Source: Octopus vulgaris (taxonomy: Eukaryota). Taken from it: a stretch of DNA of 64,000 bases. Positions within the stretch are counted from its first letter, which is position 1. Each line of letters starts with the position of its first letter. The position numbers were made by a program, and so were the translations under genes. Shown here one piece after another: positions 15,731 through 29,496 of this stretch. The stretch covers positions 107,260,001 through 107,324,000 of the forward strand of contig OX597814.1 in NCBI GenBank assembly GCA_951406725.2. The letters run 5' to 3'. A model generated the notes under the pieces. It had not been told where the DNA came from, ran no database searches, and worked only from the letters and a program-made list of their open reading frames with translations.

Positions 15731-16801
15731 CTCATAAAGTACTGGGATTTGCACTTACATAGCATGGACTGCTGAGCTCATTTTATGAAAATGAAACTAC
15801 CATGCACACATAAAAAACAAAAAATAGTTAAAATATCTTCTTAGTATATGTAGTGGATCTTGCAGGCATGAAATGGATTCGATCCACCATAGCCAAATTT
15901 CAAGTAACAGTTCAACAGAACTTTTCTCACGGTGGAACAATGTTTTTTTTCAGTGACAGCAGTTTTACATTTTCCAGATGCCTTAGCTAGGCTGGAATAA
16001 TGTCTTCACCACTTGACCTTTCTAACCTCTTCTATTTCACCAAAAGCTAGAATTAAGATAACAAGACCACCAACTAAATCTATTGTTCTCAACGATACGT
16101 CTATCCTTCTGGATAGACAAGAACAATAGATAAAAACAAGAACTCACAAGCAAAAATTAGTTAGTCACTTCAGTGACAACTCAATGAGAACAAAGTCTGG
16201 CTGACAGGCTAAACAGAACGCCATCTCTAAAGAAAAGGGCACAAAGAGAACAATTATGGCAACTTACCAACGGAGCAGTTGTTTTGTCCCACACTTTCTC
16301 ACTAACTCGCTTTCTCTTCTCTGCACATTACCATATCTCTCTATGGTTTACTACTACAATAAGAACACACAGGCCAAAATTAACTTTTTTACTTCACGCA
16401 CTCTAAGATTTTATCTCCAGCCCATCGAGGCAAGGTTTATTCAATGTAATGGTAAATAAATATTTTCTTCACAACTTCAATCACTGTTCTTTCATCTTTA
16501 CATAATGGCTATCAACAAAGAACCAGTCCTTACAAACAGATTACATCTATCATATTGTTTAAAAATTAATTTCAACACTTATAAATCAGAAATCATCTGT
16601 TACATATACAATAGTGGCAAGTTTTGCATCATCTGAAAAGTCATTAGTTGAACTATTAATCCTCTTGCATTCTGGGGGTATCGGAGCATTTGAGTAACCC
16701 CCAACAAATGCCCATAAATTAAATGCATCTATCTGGGCCTCGATCGTGGCCTGTTGACCTGTGCCTGATGGCCACGATCGTGGCCCGTCATGCTTTATGT
16801 G
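15731..16801. mobile_element. Non-autonomous piggyBac-like element nested in a MITE
   Basis: TTAA on both sides, imperfect TIR ctcataaagt / gctttatgtg; host MITE resumes after 16805. Confidence 0.7.
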
Positions 16802-17067
16802 TTAAAACAGCAAGTTCTTATCATAGAATCAGGGGACAGTTTCGGGTGGGTTGGTATCAAAAGGGTGGACTTTTTTTGGCACCACCTTAAACAAAAGTTG
16901 TATGAATTCTGATGTTTATTCACCCTTGTTCTTCTTTTCCATGAATTGTTTCTCTTGTTTCATTGGTTAATTTAAAAACATTAACTATTTTAGATGCACA
17001 ATTATTATTGTTTGATTTTGCTGTAATGAATGGTTTTGAATCTAAAACCAATTTCTGTCTTTTGCAG

Positions 17068-17123
17068 GAACTTCCAGTGTGGTTACTGGAGAAACTAAAA
17101 GTTTCTTCAGTTTCGCAAAATCA
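17068..17123 (+). CDS. VAT1L: VAT-1-like exon (TSSVVTGETKSFFSFAKS)
   Basis: tttgcag acceptor, gtgagt donor, 56 nt, phase 1 to 0; VTGETKSFFSFAKS is characteristic of VAT1L. Confidence 0.95.
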
Positions 17124-17296
17124 GTGAGTTTCTAAACTTGATACCTCCATACAGTCTTCTTCTACAGTAAAATAAATAAATATATATATATAAAGACGAT
17201 AAGAAAATGGAGAAATAAATAACAATGAGAAGTGGGTCTTTGGTGTTGTTATAAAGCCATTAATTACTTAAGTAAGATGGGAATATGTTAGAGTAA

Positions 17297-17376
17297 GTTT
17301 ACAGCTGTTTCTTTATATCAGGCTGGGGTAAATATGTATTATTTACCTCGTTGCAGTTGATAGTCATCATCAGAAC
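17297..17376 (-). ncRNA. Type I hammerhead-like motif
   Basis: gtt-CTGATGA-t-[extended stem II]-GAAAC-agct-GTA-aac; base of stem II mismatched. Confidence 0.6.
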
Positions 17377-17587
17377 GAAGAAAGGAAAGATAAACAAAAG
17401 GAAATAGAGAGAAAGTGTAAGGAAAAAACAGGAAGAAGAAAAAGTTCAATAATTCGATAGTCTTAGGTTTTAGTTAGGTTCAAAGTTCAATAAATCCGTT
17501 GTATGATAGATGAGAAGAGGGTTAGTTGAATGTAAGGTCTTGTAATTAGTTATTAACATAGCTTACACATGTCTGTATGTATGTATG

Positions 17588-17629
<42 letters not shown>

Positions 17630-18140
17630 AATATTTAATTATTATAAATATATAGGTGGCATGTAAGAAGCACCCACTATACTCCTGGAGTGGTTGGCAT
17701 TAGGAAGGGTATCCAGCTGTAGAAACATTGCCAGATCAGATTGGAGCTCTCCAGGCCTCACTCAAACCGTCCAACTCATGCTAGCATGAAAAACAGATGT
17801 TAAATGATGATTAATACTACATTCATATACATTTTAATCAACATATTCGTCATATAAACATTCATACAATGAGAATCGATTCTAAACTATATATGGACGT
17901 AACAAGTCTGAGCAGAGGGGCCATTTTTACAAGGTCCTTCTGGAGACTACCCCAACACCAAATGACAGACACTTGTAGTAAAGTTTGTTTGCCAACATAA
18001 CATGGCAGTCCTAGTTTAGGACGAATATTGCTGTAATTTAGCCCCAGGAGACATCGTCTCCAGCTGGCTATACGACACGATCTGTCTCCTTACATTTTCG
18101 AACAGGAATTTGGCAGTGCCACCTCTAGCCAAGCAATCAT

Positions 18141-18185
18141 TCTGTGCTGATGAAGGGAAATAACCTGGAAATTGCGATACACAGA
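18141..18185 (+). ncRNA. Minimal type I hammerhead ribozyme motif
   Basis: tctgtg-CTGATGA-agg gaaataa cct g-GAAA-ttgcga-TA-cacaga: 6 bp stem I, near-palindromic stem III. Confidence 0.7.
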
Positions 18186-18411
18186 TATTGTTTTGAGCTG
18201 AGTGGGGATGCTAGATTCCCTTGTTCGAAAATATAAGGACACAGATCATGTCGTATAGCCAGCTGGAGACACTGTCTCCTAGGGCTAAATTACAGCAACA
18301 TTCATCCTAAACTAGGACTGCCATGTTACGTTAGCAAGTAATCTTTACTCCAAAGTACTGTTGCTGAATATCTCATGCTGTGAGATTTAAAAATAGTAAT
18401 TTTCTAAATAG

Positions 18412-18498
18412 GTTATTGTGGCTGATGACTTCAATGGCCATGTTGGGCAGAACCTCCATGGATTACATGAGGTGCATGGTGGTTATGGCTTTGGTGCC
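18412..18498 (+). mobile_element. RTE LINE APE-endonuclease fragment
   Basis: Translates VIVADDFNGHVGQNLHGLHEVHGGYGFG, matching the GDFNGHVG...HGG.G.G motif. Confidence 0.75.
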
Positions 18499-18830
18499 TT
18501 TGATGAAGTATTTGGTGACCCTGTTGGTGCCTCTGATGAAGTGCCTCTCTAATGTCTAAAACTGCTAACATTCAAACATTATGTAAAATTTTTACTCTGA
18601 ATTTTTGCATAAATTGGTGTTGCAAGCAGAGTCGGTACACATACAACTGTAACTGATCGTTAAAGATGTGTTAAACGATTTCTTTATCTTATTACTCTTT
18701 GGATTGTATGTGTGAGGGTTTGTAATATATTCTTTCTATATAGTATATTCTTGCTAAACCAGAAATGTTGAAAAAATACAGAATGTACCCCAGTAGCTTT
18801 TTTTTATGTTGTATAATTTCTAATTTAGTA

Positions 18831-19026
18831 TACCGTATATATTTGACTATTTTGACTATAAAACGCCCTCACCTATAAGATGCACCCCTGACATACAAGG
18901 TTCAAATTGGGAATTTTAACATTGACCTGACTAGAAGTTATAGGATGTGCTTATAAGATGCACCCCCAACTTTAGGTGAAAATTTCAGGGGGAAAAATTG
19001 TGACTTATAGCCAAGTATATATGGTA
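18831..19026. mobile_element. Tc2/pogo-like MITE
   Basis: Inverted ends taccgtatatatttgactat / atagccaagtatatatggta with TA flanks. Confidence 0.65.
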
Positions 19027-20566
19027 ACCCTTTTGGGTAATCTAACTAAATTTGTACATTTCCAAAACATTTTTAACATCCTGTACAGAGCGAAAACAGC
19101 ATAATATTAAATTTGACCCAAGGGACAATAAATGAATGCCGTTACCATTAAATAACGACAGCAGGTCTCGGTCCAAACCGTTGATGTTTAGTCATCTGTT
19201 GGTGTTGTCATATTAACATTTATGTAATGTTAGTTGTTTTGGTTCTATAAGAATCTGTATCTACAGCAGGACCCTACATCTGTCCCCTCTATACCTTTAA
19301 TCTTTCAAATGCCACAAAGCCAACTCCCAGTACTACTTCCCACCCCTAATTAAGGGATCTTTGCTTTTTTTTTTTTGTCTTTTGCAAAGTATTTGGTGAC
19401 CCTGTTGATGCCACATAAAAAGCACCCAGTGCATTCTGTAAAGTGGTTGGCGTCAGAAAGGGCATTCAGTCGTAGAAATCGTACCAAAACAGACAATGGT
19501 ACCTGGTGTGGTACCTGGCATTACCAGCTCCAATCGAGCCGGCCAACCCATGCCGGCATGGAAAACGGACGTTAAATGATGATGATGAAATATCTCATAA
19601 ATTGTGAGGTTGTCTATTAAGAATCTCTACCTGTCCCCGAAGATATGACCGTTTTGGGATGGTTGTAAATAAAACAGAAGGTGATATAATAATGATATAG
19701 TTAGGAATGAATCAAAGCTAGAGCTGACAAGATATTTGAATGTCAAGTCATAAAATAATCACTTTTAGTTGGCCATCTTTGGTTTCTGGCGGATATTTCT
19801 GCAGGATTGTGCTTTGGTTTGAAAACGTACGGCCTCGGCCAAACGATCCCGTTTCTTTTGTTTATTATAATAACCATTTTATCATAACGGTTAAGTTTAA
19901 GCTCCATACAGTTTGTGTTGGCAGTAATAAATCTAAGAAAAGAAAAAAAAACAACTTGTAGAATGTTCAAGTTGAAAGGCAACAGCCAGGCCAACGATTA
20001 CACCTTACTCTTGTTGAGTATCTCTCACAGAAATCCAAATAGTAAACATAATAAAGACTCATCTCGCAGACATAAAAAAGGAAATTACGCAGTTCTCTCC
20101 CTTGTATCCAAACTTGTTCAATGTCCATAGAAGACATCAGAATTTGTAGGATATTGAAAAGGCATAAAATAATGATGATGCAGGACCAGGCAGTGGCTCT
20201 CGTGGCTTCTGATCTTAACTGATTGGAAGTATTATCATGTGCAGTGTTTTGTCTTGGTATAAAAGATGGGCTACAGCAAATATTCTGCTCAATACCACAA
20301 ATTTGCTTGTCAGTTGCTTAACCTTAACCAGTTGAGCAAGTCCCTTAGTGGCTGACGATATGTACATCTCTGATCCTGAACAGAAATAGTGGGGGAGCAT
20401 CATAACCATGTGTTGAGAGGGATTCTTTGGGATTTGGATAATTCACCTCTGCAAACATGGGTGTTTCGTTCAACATCCTTAAACGAACCTTATTCAGGAA
20501 CCTTTTAAGCAGGATGGTCAACCTGAAGAAAATTCTGAGCCTTGCCTGCAAGGTCATGTGCAGTTT

Positions 20567-22372
20567 GGGGTCCGGACAAAAGCTCCACGATTATATTTTG
20601 CAGTAATTTTTTTTGTTTTTAGAATTTTTAGTGGAATGTATCGACCCCAGAATTTTTTTTTTTTTCTTGTTACAGTTATTAGACTGCATCCAGTCATGCG
20701 GGGTCACCGCCTTGAATTCTGGAACTTTTAGCCAATTGTATCAACCACAGAATTTTTTTAGATGAATTTCAACCAGTGCATGAAATTAAGCCTATAAGGT
20801 CTTTCGATATGCTAGAAATAACAGCTAAATCTCTTGAAATTTTTTATAACCCCCCTCCCCTCAGTTATATTTTTTGGTTATTCTTCGTTTTTTTATTATT
20901 TTCTAAAAAAATCTTTACTTGTTTCAGTCACTGGACTGTGGCCATGCTGGGGCACCGCCTTGAAGAATTTTTAGTTGAATGTATCGACCCCAGAATCTTT
21001 TTAGGTGATTTTCAACCAGCACATAAAGTTAAGCTTAGAAGGTCTCTCCACATGCTAGAAATAACAGCTAAATCTTACAAATTTTTTTTTATAATTTCAT
21101 GTAAACACAAACAGAAATCGCGGTTGTAAAAAAACAAATATTATTTTCCAAAATTCCAGTTTTTAAGTAAACAATATATATTCAATCGAAAAACGGTATC
21201 AAAACATCTATGTCCCTCACAATGTTAGGTTCCGTGTGTTTCCTCGTTTTTAGAATAATTTAAAAGTTTGAAAATAAATCAGCCTTAACATCAATAATAG
21301 AATAACAGAACACAAGACTCTTAACTACTCAATGTACAATATTGTCCGAATTCTAACAAAAGAGAAAGCATTTACTTCAAGAAATGTGTAGGAACATAAA
21401 AACAATAAATACGTTTGACTGACCACACATACACACATAAAATGAAAGTCAATATTACACGTGTCTCTGGCATGAGTTTTCTTCACAAAAAAACAGAATT
21501 TGTCATTTTTATGGAGAAACACCCATCTCCCTGTTTAGGCAAACGATAAGAAGTATGTTGTATTAAGGCGGCAAGCTGGCAGAAATGTTAGCACGCCGGA
21601 CGAAATGCTTAGCCGTATTTCATCTGCCGTTACATTCTGAGTTCAAATACCGCCAAGGTCGACTTTGCCTTTCATCCTTTCGGGGTCGATAAATTAAGTA
21701 CCAGTTGCACACTGGGGTCGATCTAAACGACTTAATCCCTTTGTCTGTCCTTGTTTGTCCCCTCTATGTTTAGCCCCTTGTGGACAATAAAGAAATAAGA
21801 AATATGTTTGAATGACTAGCCTTCTGTTAGACCTTCAACAGCTGGAGAAAGTTCAAAAGGTCAATTTATTCTCATTAATCTGTAAACACTGAGAGAAGAA
21901 AACAAGACTTTAAATATATTTTTTAAAGTGCTTATTTTTGCTGCAACCAAAAAATTCTTCAAGTTAGTGCCCCAGAATGACCACAGTCCAATGACTGAAA
22001 CAAATAAAAAGATTTTTAGAGAATAAAAAAAAACCTAGGGGTTATAAAAAAATTTCAAGAGATTTGGCCGTTGTTTCTAGCATGTGGAGATATCCTCTAG
22101 GCTTAACTTGATGTGCTTGTTGAAAATCATTAAAACAAATTCTGGGGTCATTACATTTGACTAAAAATTCTTCAAGGTGGTTCCCTAGTATGGCTGCAGT
22201 CAAACAGCTGCAAGTAAAAAGGAAAAAAAAATTCTGGGGTCGATACGTTCAACTAAAAACTTTAAAGTGGTGCCCCAGCATGGCCACAGTCTAATAACTG
22301 AACAAGTAAAAGGTGAAAAAAAAACAAAAAAATAATCAGAAAATATAACAGTGGGGCTTTTGTCCTACACTC
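20567..22372. mobile_element. Foldback / Mutator-like non-autonomous element with long inverted arms
   Basis: gcagttt duplicated at 20560-20566 and 22373-22379; ggacaaaagc(t/c)ccac near both ends; arms of ~400 bp are reverse complements. Confidence 0.75.
21563..21800 (+). mobile_element. tRNA-derived SINE (ggcggcaagctggcagaa family)
   Basis: A-box tggcagaaatgtta, B-box gagttcaaatacc, central gcctttcatcctttcggggtcgataaattaagtacc; further copies near 8985, 33397, 38110, 40095, 47475, 47715, 58610. Confidence 0.85.
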
Positions 22373-24381
22373 GCAGTTTATCTTGATATGAGGCCACTAT
22401 GCCCTGCACATATGGTTGTGTTGCACGTACCTGGTGTACCCTTATCAGTTAGGTAAACATGATGGGTGTATTGGGCTTCGTATATTTGTAATCCAGTGTC
22501 ACTTGGATGGCGTATGCTGCTGTCTCACTTCGTCAACATCATCATCATTTAACGTCTGCTTTCCATGACATGTAAGCGTCATGGGTTGGACGGTTTGACT
22601 GAGGGCTGGCGAACCAGATGACTGCACCAGGCTCCAGTATTGATCTTGCAGAGTTTCTACAGCTGGATGCCCTTCTTAATGCCAACCACTCCGAGAGTGT
22701 AGTAAGTGCTTTTATGTGCCACAATAATAATAATAATAATAATGAGATTGTTGTATATTTTGATTTCTGTTTGTAATTTTCTGTGTTGTGATACCATGAG
22801 TGGCGTTGGTGGGGCTTTAAGAAAGAATCAATGCTGAAAAGAAATCTGAAGATGTATTTTGTCTGTCATCATTCAACATCCATTTTCCCTGTTGGCATCG
22901 GTTCAACAGTTTGATGGAATCCAAAGAACCAAATGATGCATTGTGCTCCAAAGTCTGTTTTGCCATGGTTTCTACAGCTGGACGCCCTTCCTACCACCAA
23001 TCAATTTACCAAGTATAACGAATGCTTTCTACTTGGTACTGGCATGAGTGAGATCACCAAGTGGATCTCTAAGGTAAAGGTTCTTTTCAAGTGGTTGGCT
23101 ACAATAAAGGAGGAGATAGTTCTATGTCCAGGGATGAGGGGTTAACATGTAAGAACAGATTTTTTTTTTTTTTGCTGTAGAGGGGCTTCATGGCTATTCA
23201 CATTATAGAAGTGAGGGTGGAAGTGTCTAGGATGGAGCTGAGAAGAGAGATGAAAATTGTAGTGATGAGGAGTCAGAGTGGAGACAAGAGAACAAGGAGT
23301 GCAGGTGGGTAGGGGTTACAAGAGCATATGGGAGAATGGAAGATGGTTAGAGACAGAGAATAAGTGACAGGGTGAATATAAGGAACAAATCTTGAAGACT
23401 ATTGGAGCGGGGGTGATGAGTGTCCAATATGACAGGAGTTGTTTGGCATAGAGAAGAGAAGGTGACTGACACTGCAAAAAGTTGGTGGGAAAGAACAGCA
23501 GAATAGTAATAATGATAGAGTAGACAGGAGAATGATGAGAGAAAAAGAAAGAGTTATGTGTGGTTGGATAGAGTGTATGAATGTGGGGCAAGCATATTGA
23601 ATAAGAAGAGAGAGACGTAAGGAGAAGGAGAAATACTTCTGTAATATCTATTATAGACTTGGTTGTCACTGTTGTGCCTCTATTTCCTTTGGACATCTAA
23701 AAGCTATGTCAGTTCCAAATTATGAGAATCTTCTTGAAAGCATAGCATAAAAGTGAAAATAGAATGATCATACAATGATCGTATAAATTTCTGGCTTCTG
23801 TGGCGGTGGCATGTAAAAAGCACCAACAGATCATGGTCATTGCCAGCCTCCTCTGACCTCTGTGCTGGTGGCACGTAAAAAGCACCCACTACACTCTCAG
23901 AGTGGTTGGCATTAGGAAGGGCATCCAGCTGTAGAGATACTGCCAGATCAGACTGGAGCCTGGTGCAGCCTCCTGGCTTCCCAGACACCCGTCGAACCGT
24001 CCAACACATGCCAGCATCGAAAGCAGACGTTAAACGATGATGATGAATGATCATATAAATTTAATAATTACTTAACATTTACTGAGTATTAACTGAAACA
24101 GCTGTAAGGGATGATGATTAATTTGCTGTTAATAATAAACAATTATTAACATCCCAATCTCCATTTTCCTTTATATATATATATATATATATACAAATAA
24201 GAAAATGGAGAAACAAATTTAGTTTGTTCTTCAACTTTCGAATATTATAATGTTGGATTATTTATTCATTTAACAAAATGAGAACCCCAATAGCATACAT
24301 ATATCTTATAATTCAATACATATAAGATAAGAATACAAATTATAAAAGTCATAATATAAATTATTGAAATCATTAAAATCA

Positions 24382-24517
24382 CTTCTTACAGCTGTTTCAG
24401 CCTATGGCTAAAAGTAGTTAATTTTATTTTCATTGCCTATAGGTGTCAACATACTGAGGTTGTAGGCATTTAAAAATAGGGTACATATATATATAACCAT
24501 AGGCCTCGTCAGAGGTT
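24382..24517 (-). ncRNA. Type I hammerhead motif with intact core and long stem II
   Basis: CTGACGA-ggcctatggtt...agccataggct-GAAAC-agct-GTA; 11 bp stem II, weak stem I. Confidence 0.7.
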
Positions 24518-24576
24518 ATAAGGAACTTTAAAAATATTAGTATTAATACATTAAACATGATACACGTATTATTTAA

Positions 24577-25307
<731 letters not shown>

Positions 25308-25517
25308 AATAATAGATCTCAAAAAGTATAAAATGAATGATAAATATGATATAAGTAAATGATATAATAAGTAATATATATATGAGAGTGAGTGTGGCGG
25401 GGGGCAGAAAGCTGATAATGATAATACATAAAAATATATGTTGATAGCTTCTTACAATTTTAACAAGTTTTGATCTGTTTTTGTCTCCTATTTTTTCTAT
25501 TTCTTCTCTTATTTCAG

Positions 25518-25712
25518 TGGTGGCAAGTTGATAAAATTAGTCCCCTGAAGTTGTACGACGACAACAAGTTCCTTGCAGGGTTCCAGCTGCGCCAGCTATT
25601 GTTTCGTGACAACCAACATGCTTATATTCAAAGCCAAATGGAAAAACTGTTCAAGTTGTACACAGATGGAGTCATTAAACCAGTCATTGACCAAGTTGCT
25701 TGTTTTGAAGAT
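25518..25712 (+). CDS. VAT1L: VAT-1-like exon ([17 protein letters not shown]...[13 protein letters not shown])
   Basis: tttcag acceptor, gtaagt donor, 195 nt, phase 0/0. Confidence 0.95.
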
Positions 25713-26299
25713 GTAAGTTCCTGTCACTCTTTGAACCCTTTTCCCACCATATTCCTGCTGAAACATCCTGCCTTTCTTTTAATTAATATTTCAAATAAAA
25801 AAAAAGAAATTATCTTTTGCTTCTTTCAGTTGTGAGGCTGTGGGCATGCTGGAGCACTGCCTTGAAGGATTTTTAATCAAATGCATTCACACCCAAACCC
25901 CACCCCAAACTTCTTTTCTTTTTCTTTTTTTTTCTTAATTTGGTGCTTGTTCTATTGGTTTCTTTCACGAAACTACCAAGTCATGGGGACGTAAATAAAC
26001 CAACACCAGGTGTCAAGGGGTGGAGGAGGACATACACACATATATACAACAGATTTCTTTGGCTGGTCTGAAGCTGTAGAAGACACTTTCCCAACGCACT
26101 GTAGAAGAATAATAACTGACCTGTCTTTCTGACATTTTCTCTTGTGTGTAGCTAAGGAATGTTTGCTATCTTAAGGGACAGTGTGGGAGGTTGGTTGGAG
26201 GGGGAAGGCAGAGCAATGCAAAATTAAAGGGATTTTTTTGTTTCTGGGCTAGTCTGTCATGGTTCAGTGGTTTTTGGGACTGGTCTGAGAGGTCAGAAT

Positions 26300-26750
26300 G
26301 GTATGAGTGTGTGTGTGTACATGTGCTTGTGTTTTATATGTGGTAGGATGTTGTGAGTATATGTGTGCACGTTTGTGCGTGTGTGTGTGTATGTGTGATT
26401 AGTATTTGTCAGGGTGTTGTGTGTGTGTGTGCATGTTTTTGTATGTTTGTTCGTGTGTATGTGTGCATCTGTGTGTGCATGTGTATGTGTTTTGCGTTGG
26501 TGGGGATGTTGTGTGTGTACATGAGTGTGTGTGCATGCGTGCATTTCTATCTGAGTATGTATGTGTTGTTATAATTGTCCTGGTGGTGTATGTGTGTGAT
26601 TAGTATTTGTCAGGGTGTTGTGTGTGCACAAGTATTTGTTCCTGTGTGTGTGTGTTGGGTTTATCCAAGTGGTGCGTCTGTGTGTGCATGTATGTTCTGT
26701 GCATGTTGGTACTGGGTATGCATTTGTGTGTATGTGTGTAAATATGTGGG
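26300..26750. repeat. Degenerate (GT)n tract with internal duplication
   Basis: gtgattagtatttgtcagggtgttgtgtgtg occurs twice. Confidence 0.85.
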
Positions 26751-26920
26751 TATGATTTTTATTGAACTCTACATTTTGGAGTCCCATTCTGATTAATTTC
26801 TTAAATAATTTCTTGTAAATTCATTTTAACATTTTATTATTATTATTAAAGAATATATATATATATGTATTCTAATATTTTGTGACAATCAGTACTTAAC
26901 ACAACAAAGCTTTACATTTT

Positions 26921-26962
26921 ACTTTTGACAATCTCTTTCTAAAAAAGTGAAACCGGTCAAGT
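26921..26962 (+). ncRNA. Decayed minimal hammerhead motif
   Basis: actt-TTGACAA...GAAAC-cg-GTC-aagt; two core substitutions; (TA)n flanks. Confidence 0.5.
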
Positions 26963-27052
26963 CAATAAACATCTCTAAAAGACCTTTGCATTTTCAAGCC
27001 GTCTTTCATATATATTTTCACTTATGCAGTACCTTACAACTTTACTTTGTTT

Positions 27053-27097
<45 letters not shown>

Positions 27098-27373
27098 TTG
27101 TGCCACAAAAAAGACCAACAGAATAAGTACCAGGCTTAGCGAAATGAAATAAGTTCTGAGGTCAATTAATTTGGATAAAAATTCAAGATGATGCTCCAGC
27201 GTGGTCTCACGAAACAAGTAAAAGATAAAGATGAAATTATAGAATAGAATCTAAACAAATTCTTGATTTCCAATGTATGTTTTACTTGTTTATTTTTCCA
27301 CTCCTTTGTTTTCTTGGATTTTTCTCATTCAGTTTTTACCAAAGTGTTTTTTTTCTTTTTTATTCCCAAACAG

Positions 27374-27451
27374 ATTGCAGAAGCAATGCAACGACTTCAT
27401 GACCGCAAAAATATTGGTAAAATTATTTTAGACCCGACTGTTGAGCCAAAG
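27374..27451 (+). CDS. VAT1L: VAT-1-like exon (IAEAMQRLHDRKNIGKIILDPTVEPK)
   Basis: aacag acceptor after T-rich tract, gtaaga donor, 78 nt; GKIIL marks the MDR domain C-terminus. Confidence 0.95.
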
Positions 27452-28943
27452 GTAAGAATTCCGTAAGAACAAAATAAAGAGGGGTTTAAAAAAAAGCCCC
27501 TGTCCATATTCCATGGCATTTCAAAAGCTAGTCTTTTGGTTCCATGTGTTCAAAGCTTTTTTTGAATAGTCATAGCTGATGCCAGTGCTGTCTGACTGGC
27601 ACCTGTGCCAGTGGCACGTAAAAAGCACTGTTTGAGCATTGGGCCTCATGGAGGCACTGACAGGTGACCGAAACCTTTGGTAATATACCATGCTTGTGTA
27701 GACCTGACAAGCCAAGTGAGACCGTAATCAGGGCTGATGCTGGCGTTAGGTCATTGGCACCTGTGCTGGTGGCATGTAAAACACACCCACTACATTCTGG
27801 GAGTGGTTGGCATTAGGAAGAGCATCCAGCCGTAGAAAACCATGCCAAATCGGATTGGAATCTGGTGCAGCCTCACTGGCTTACCAGTTTTCAGTCAAAC
27901 TGCCCAACCCATGCCAGAATGGAAAGCAGACATTAAATGATGAGGATGAGAATAATGAAAATAGAATCAGATTTCTTGATATAAAGAAATTGGTAAACAG
28001 AACAGATATGGCATAGAATCTCCAAGACAGTAATGTCTAAATTTGTAAAAGAGTTTTTAAAAATCTGTTGGAATATTTTTATTTAAATTGTTAGGATTCA
28101 CTTACAGTTTTTTTTATTTTGGTTCTGTTTTGTTTTGTTTTAGTTATTTTAAAATTGTTTAATTAATTATAACCTCATTATCTTACGAAATATAATTTTT
28201 TCTTTATACTGTTATTTAAGTCTTTTTTGTTGATAGTTCTGCAAAATAGCAAAATACGTATAATTACTGAAGATTCAAAGAAAAACTTTCTAAGATCTTT
28301 TCGAAAATAGTCTCTAACCCATGTTTTAAAAGCAGGTGTAGCTAAGAAGTTTGCTTCCCAACCACATGGTTTTAAGTTCATTCCCACAATGCAACAACTT
28401 GGTCATGAGTCTTCTACTTTGACCCTAACCTGACCAAAGCCTTGTGAAAGGATTTCGTAAGTGGAAACTGAAAAGCTCATTGCATACATTTCTGTTTCAC
28501 TTCCTTTTATATATTTATGTAAAAAGCAGCCAATACATTCTGTAAAATGGTTGGCATTGGAGCCTGGTGGCGCCCTCTAGCCTGTCTGCTCTTATCAAAC
28601 CATTCGACAGTCTAGGATTCGAACTCACTAACTCATGATTGTGAGCCCAATGCTCCTACTGAGCCATTTTTTGAATGACATTACAGGATAGGTATGATAG
28701 GTCAGATCTGGTTGGCTTGAACCTAAGACAGGGAGAATATTTTGGCCAGGAACGGTCAGTTTCAATGCTAAAGGGTTAAAGGAATATACTCTTCAAAATA
28801 ACGTAATTAGCAAAGTTCTTTAATTACTTTATTGGTTCGGATATTTTTAAATTTTAAGTTGCTCAAAAAATAAATTCCAACATAAACTTTTTTGTTTGTT
28901 TGCTTTATTTGTGCCTTTGTTGCTTATTTTTCTTTTTTAATAG

Positions 28944-28973
28944 GGAAAATCCCAGGCTGCTGAGGAAGTGAAA
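28944..28973 (+). CDS. VAT1L: Microexon 1, 30 nt (GKSQAAEEVK)
   Basis: Long pyrimidine tract + aatag, gtaagt donor, phase 0/0, no stop, purine-rich. Confidence 0.8.
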
Positions 28974-29128
28974 GTAAGTTTTTCTTGCTGCAATACATAG
29001 CGGGACACACCCACCCTTGCACACCCACCTACACACACACACACACACTTATATATGCATTGCATACATCAGTCATACATAAATACATTTATACATAGAT
29101 ATATGCATATACATGTGCATACAGATGT

Positions 29129-29342
29129 GAGGGGCTGCTGAAAAGTTCCTGGTTTTAAGGGCATTGCAAAAGACCTGGTCGGAGGTGCAATCTTCTGAGT
29201 TCTTTTACAGGGCTTGGAAAAGCTGAATGATCGCTGCAATAAGTGTTTGAATCTGAGAGGGGAATATGTTGAATAAAATCATAATTAACAGATCCTCCTG
29301 TAATTTCTTTTACCCAAAGTTTGGAACTTTACAGCACCCCTC
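29129..29342 (+). mobile_element. Internally deleted mariner element
   Basis: TIRs gaggggctgctgaaaagttcc / ggaactttacagcacccctc; retains transposase C-terminus LQGLEKLNDRCNKCLNLRGEYVE*. Confidence 0.85.
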
Positions 29343-29496
29343 AAATATATATATGCATGCATTTATATATATATATTATAAAAAAAATGGTTGAATGTGG
29401 GTTCGTCCTTTAATTGGAGTAGTTTCCAGATGATTTCTAATGTTGATTCTTCATACTTTGATTTTACTGGTGTAAAATGGCTGAGATATGAAAGGT

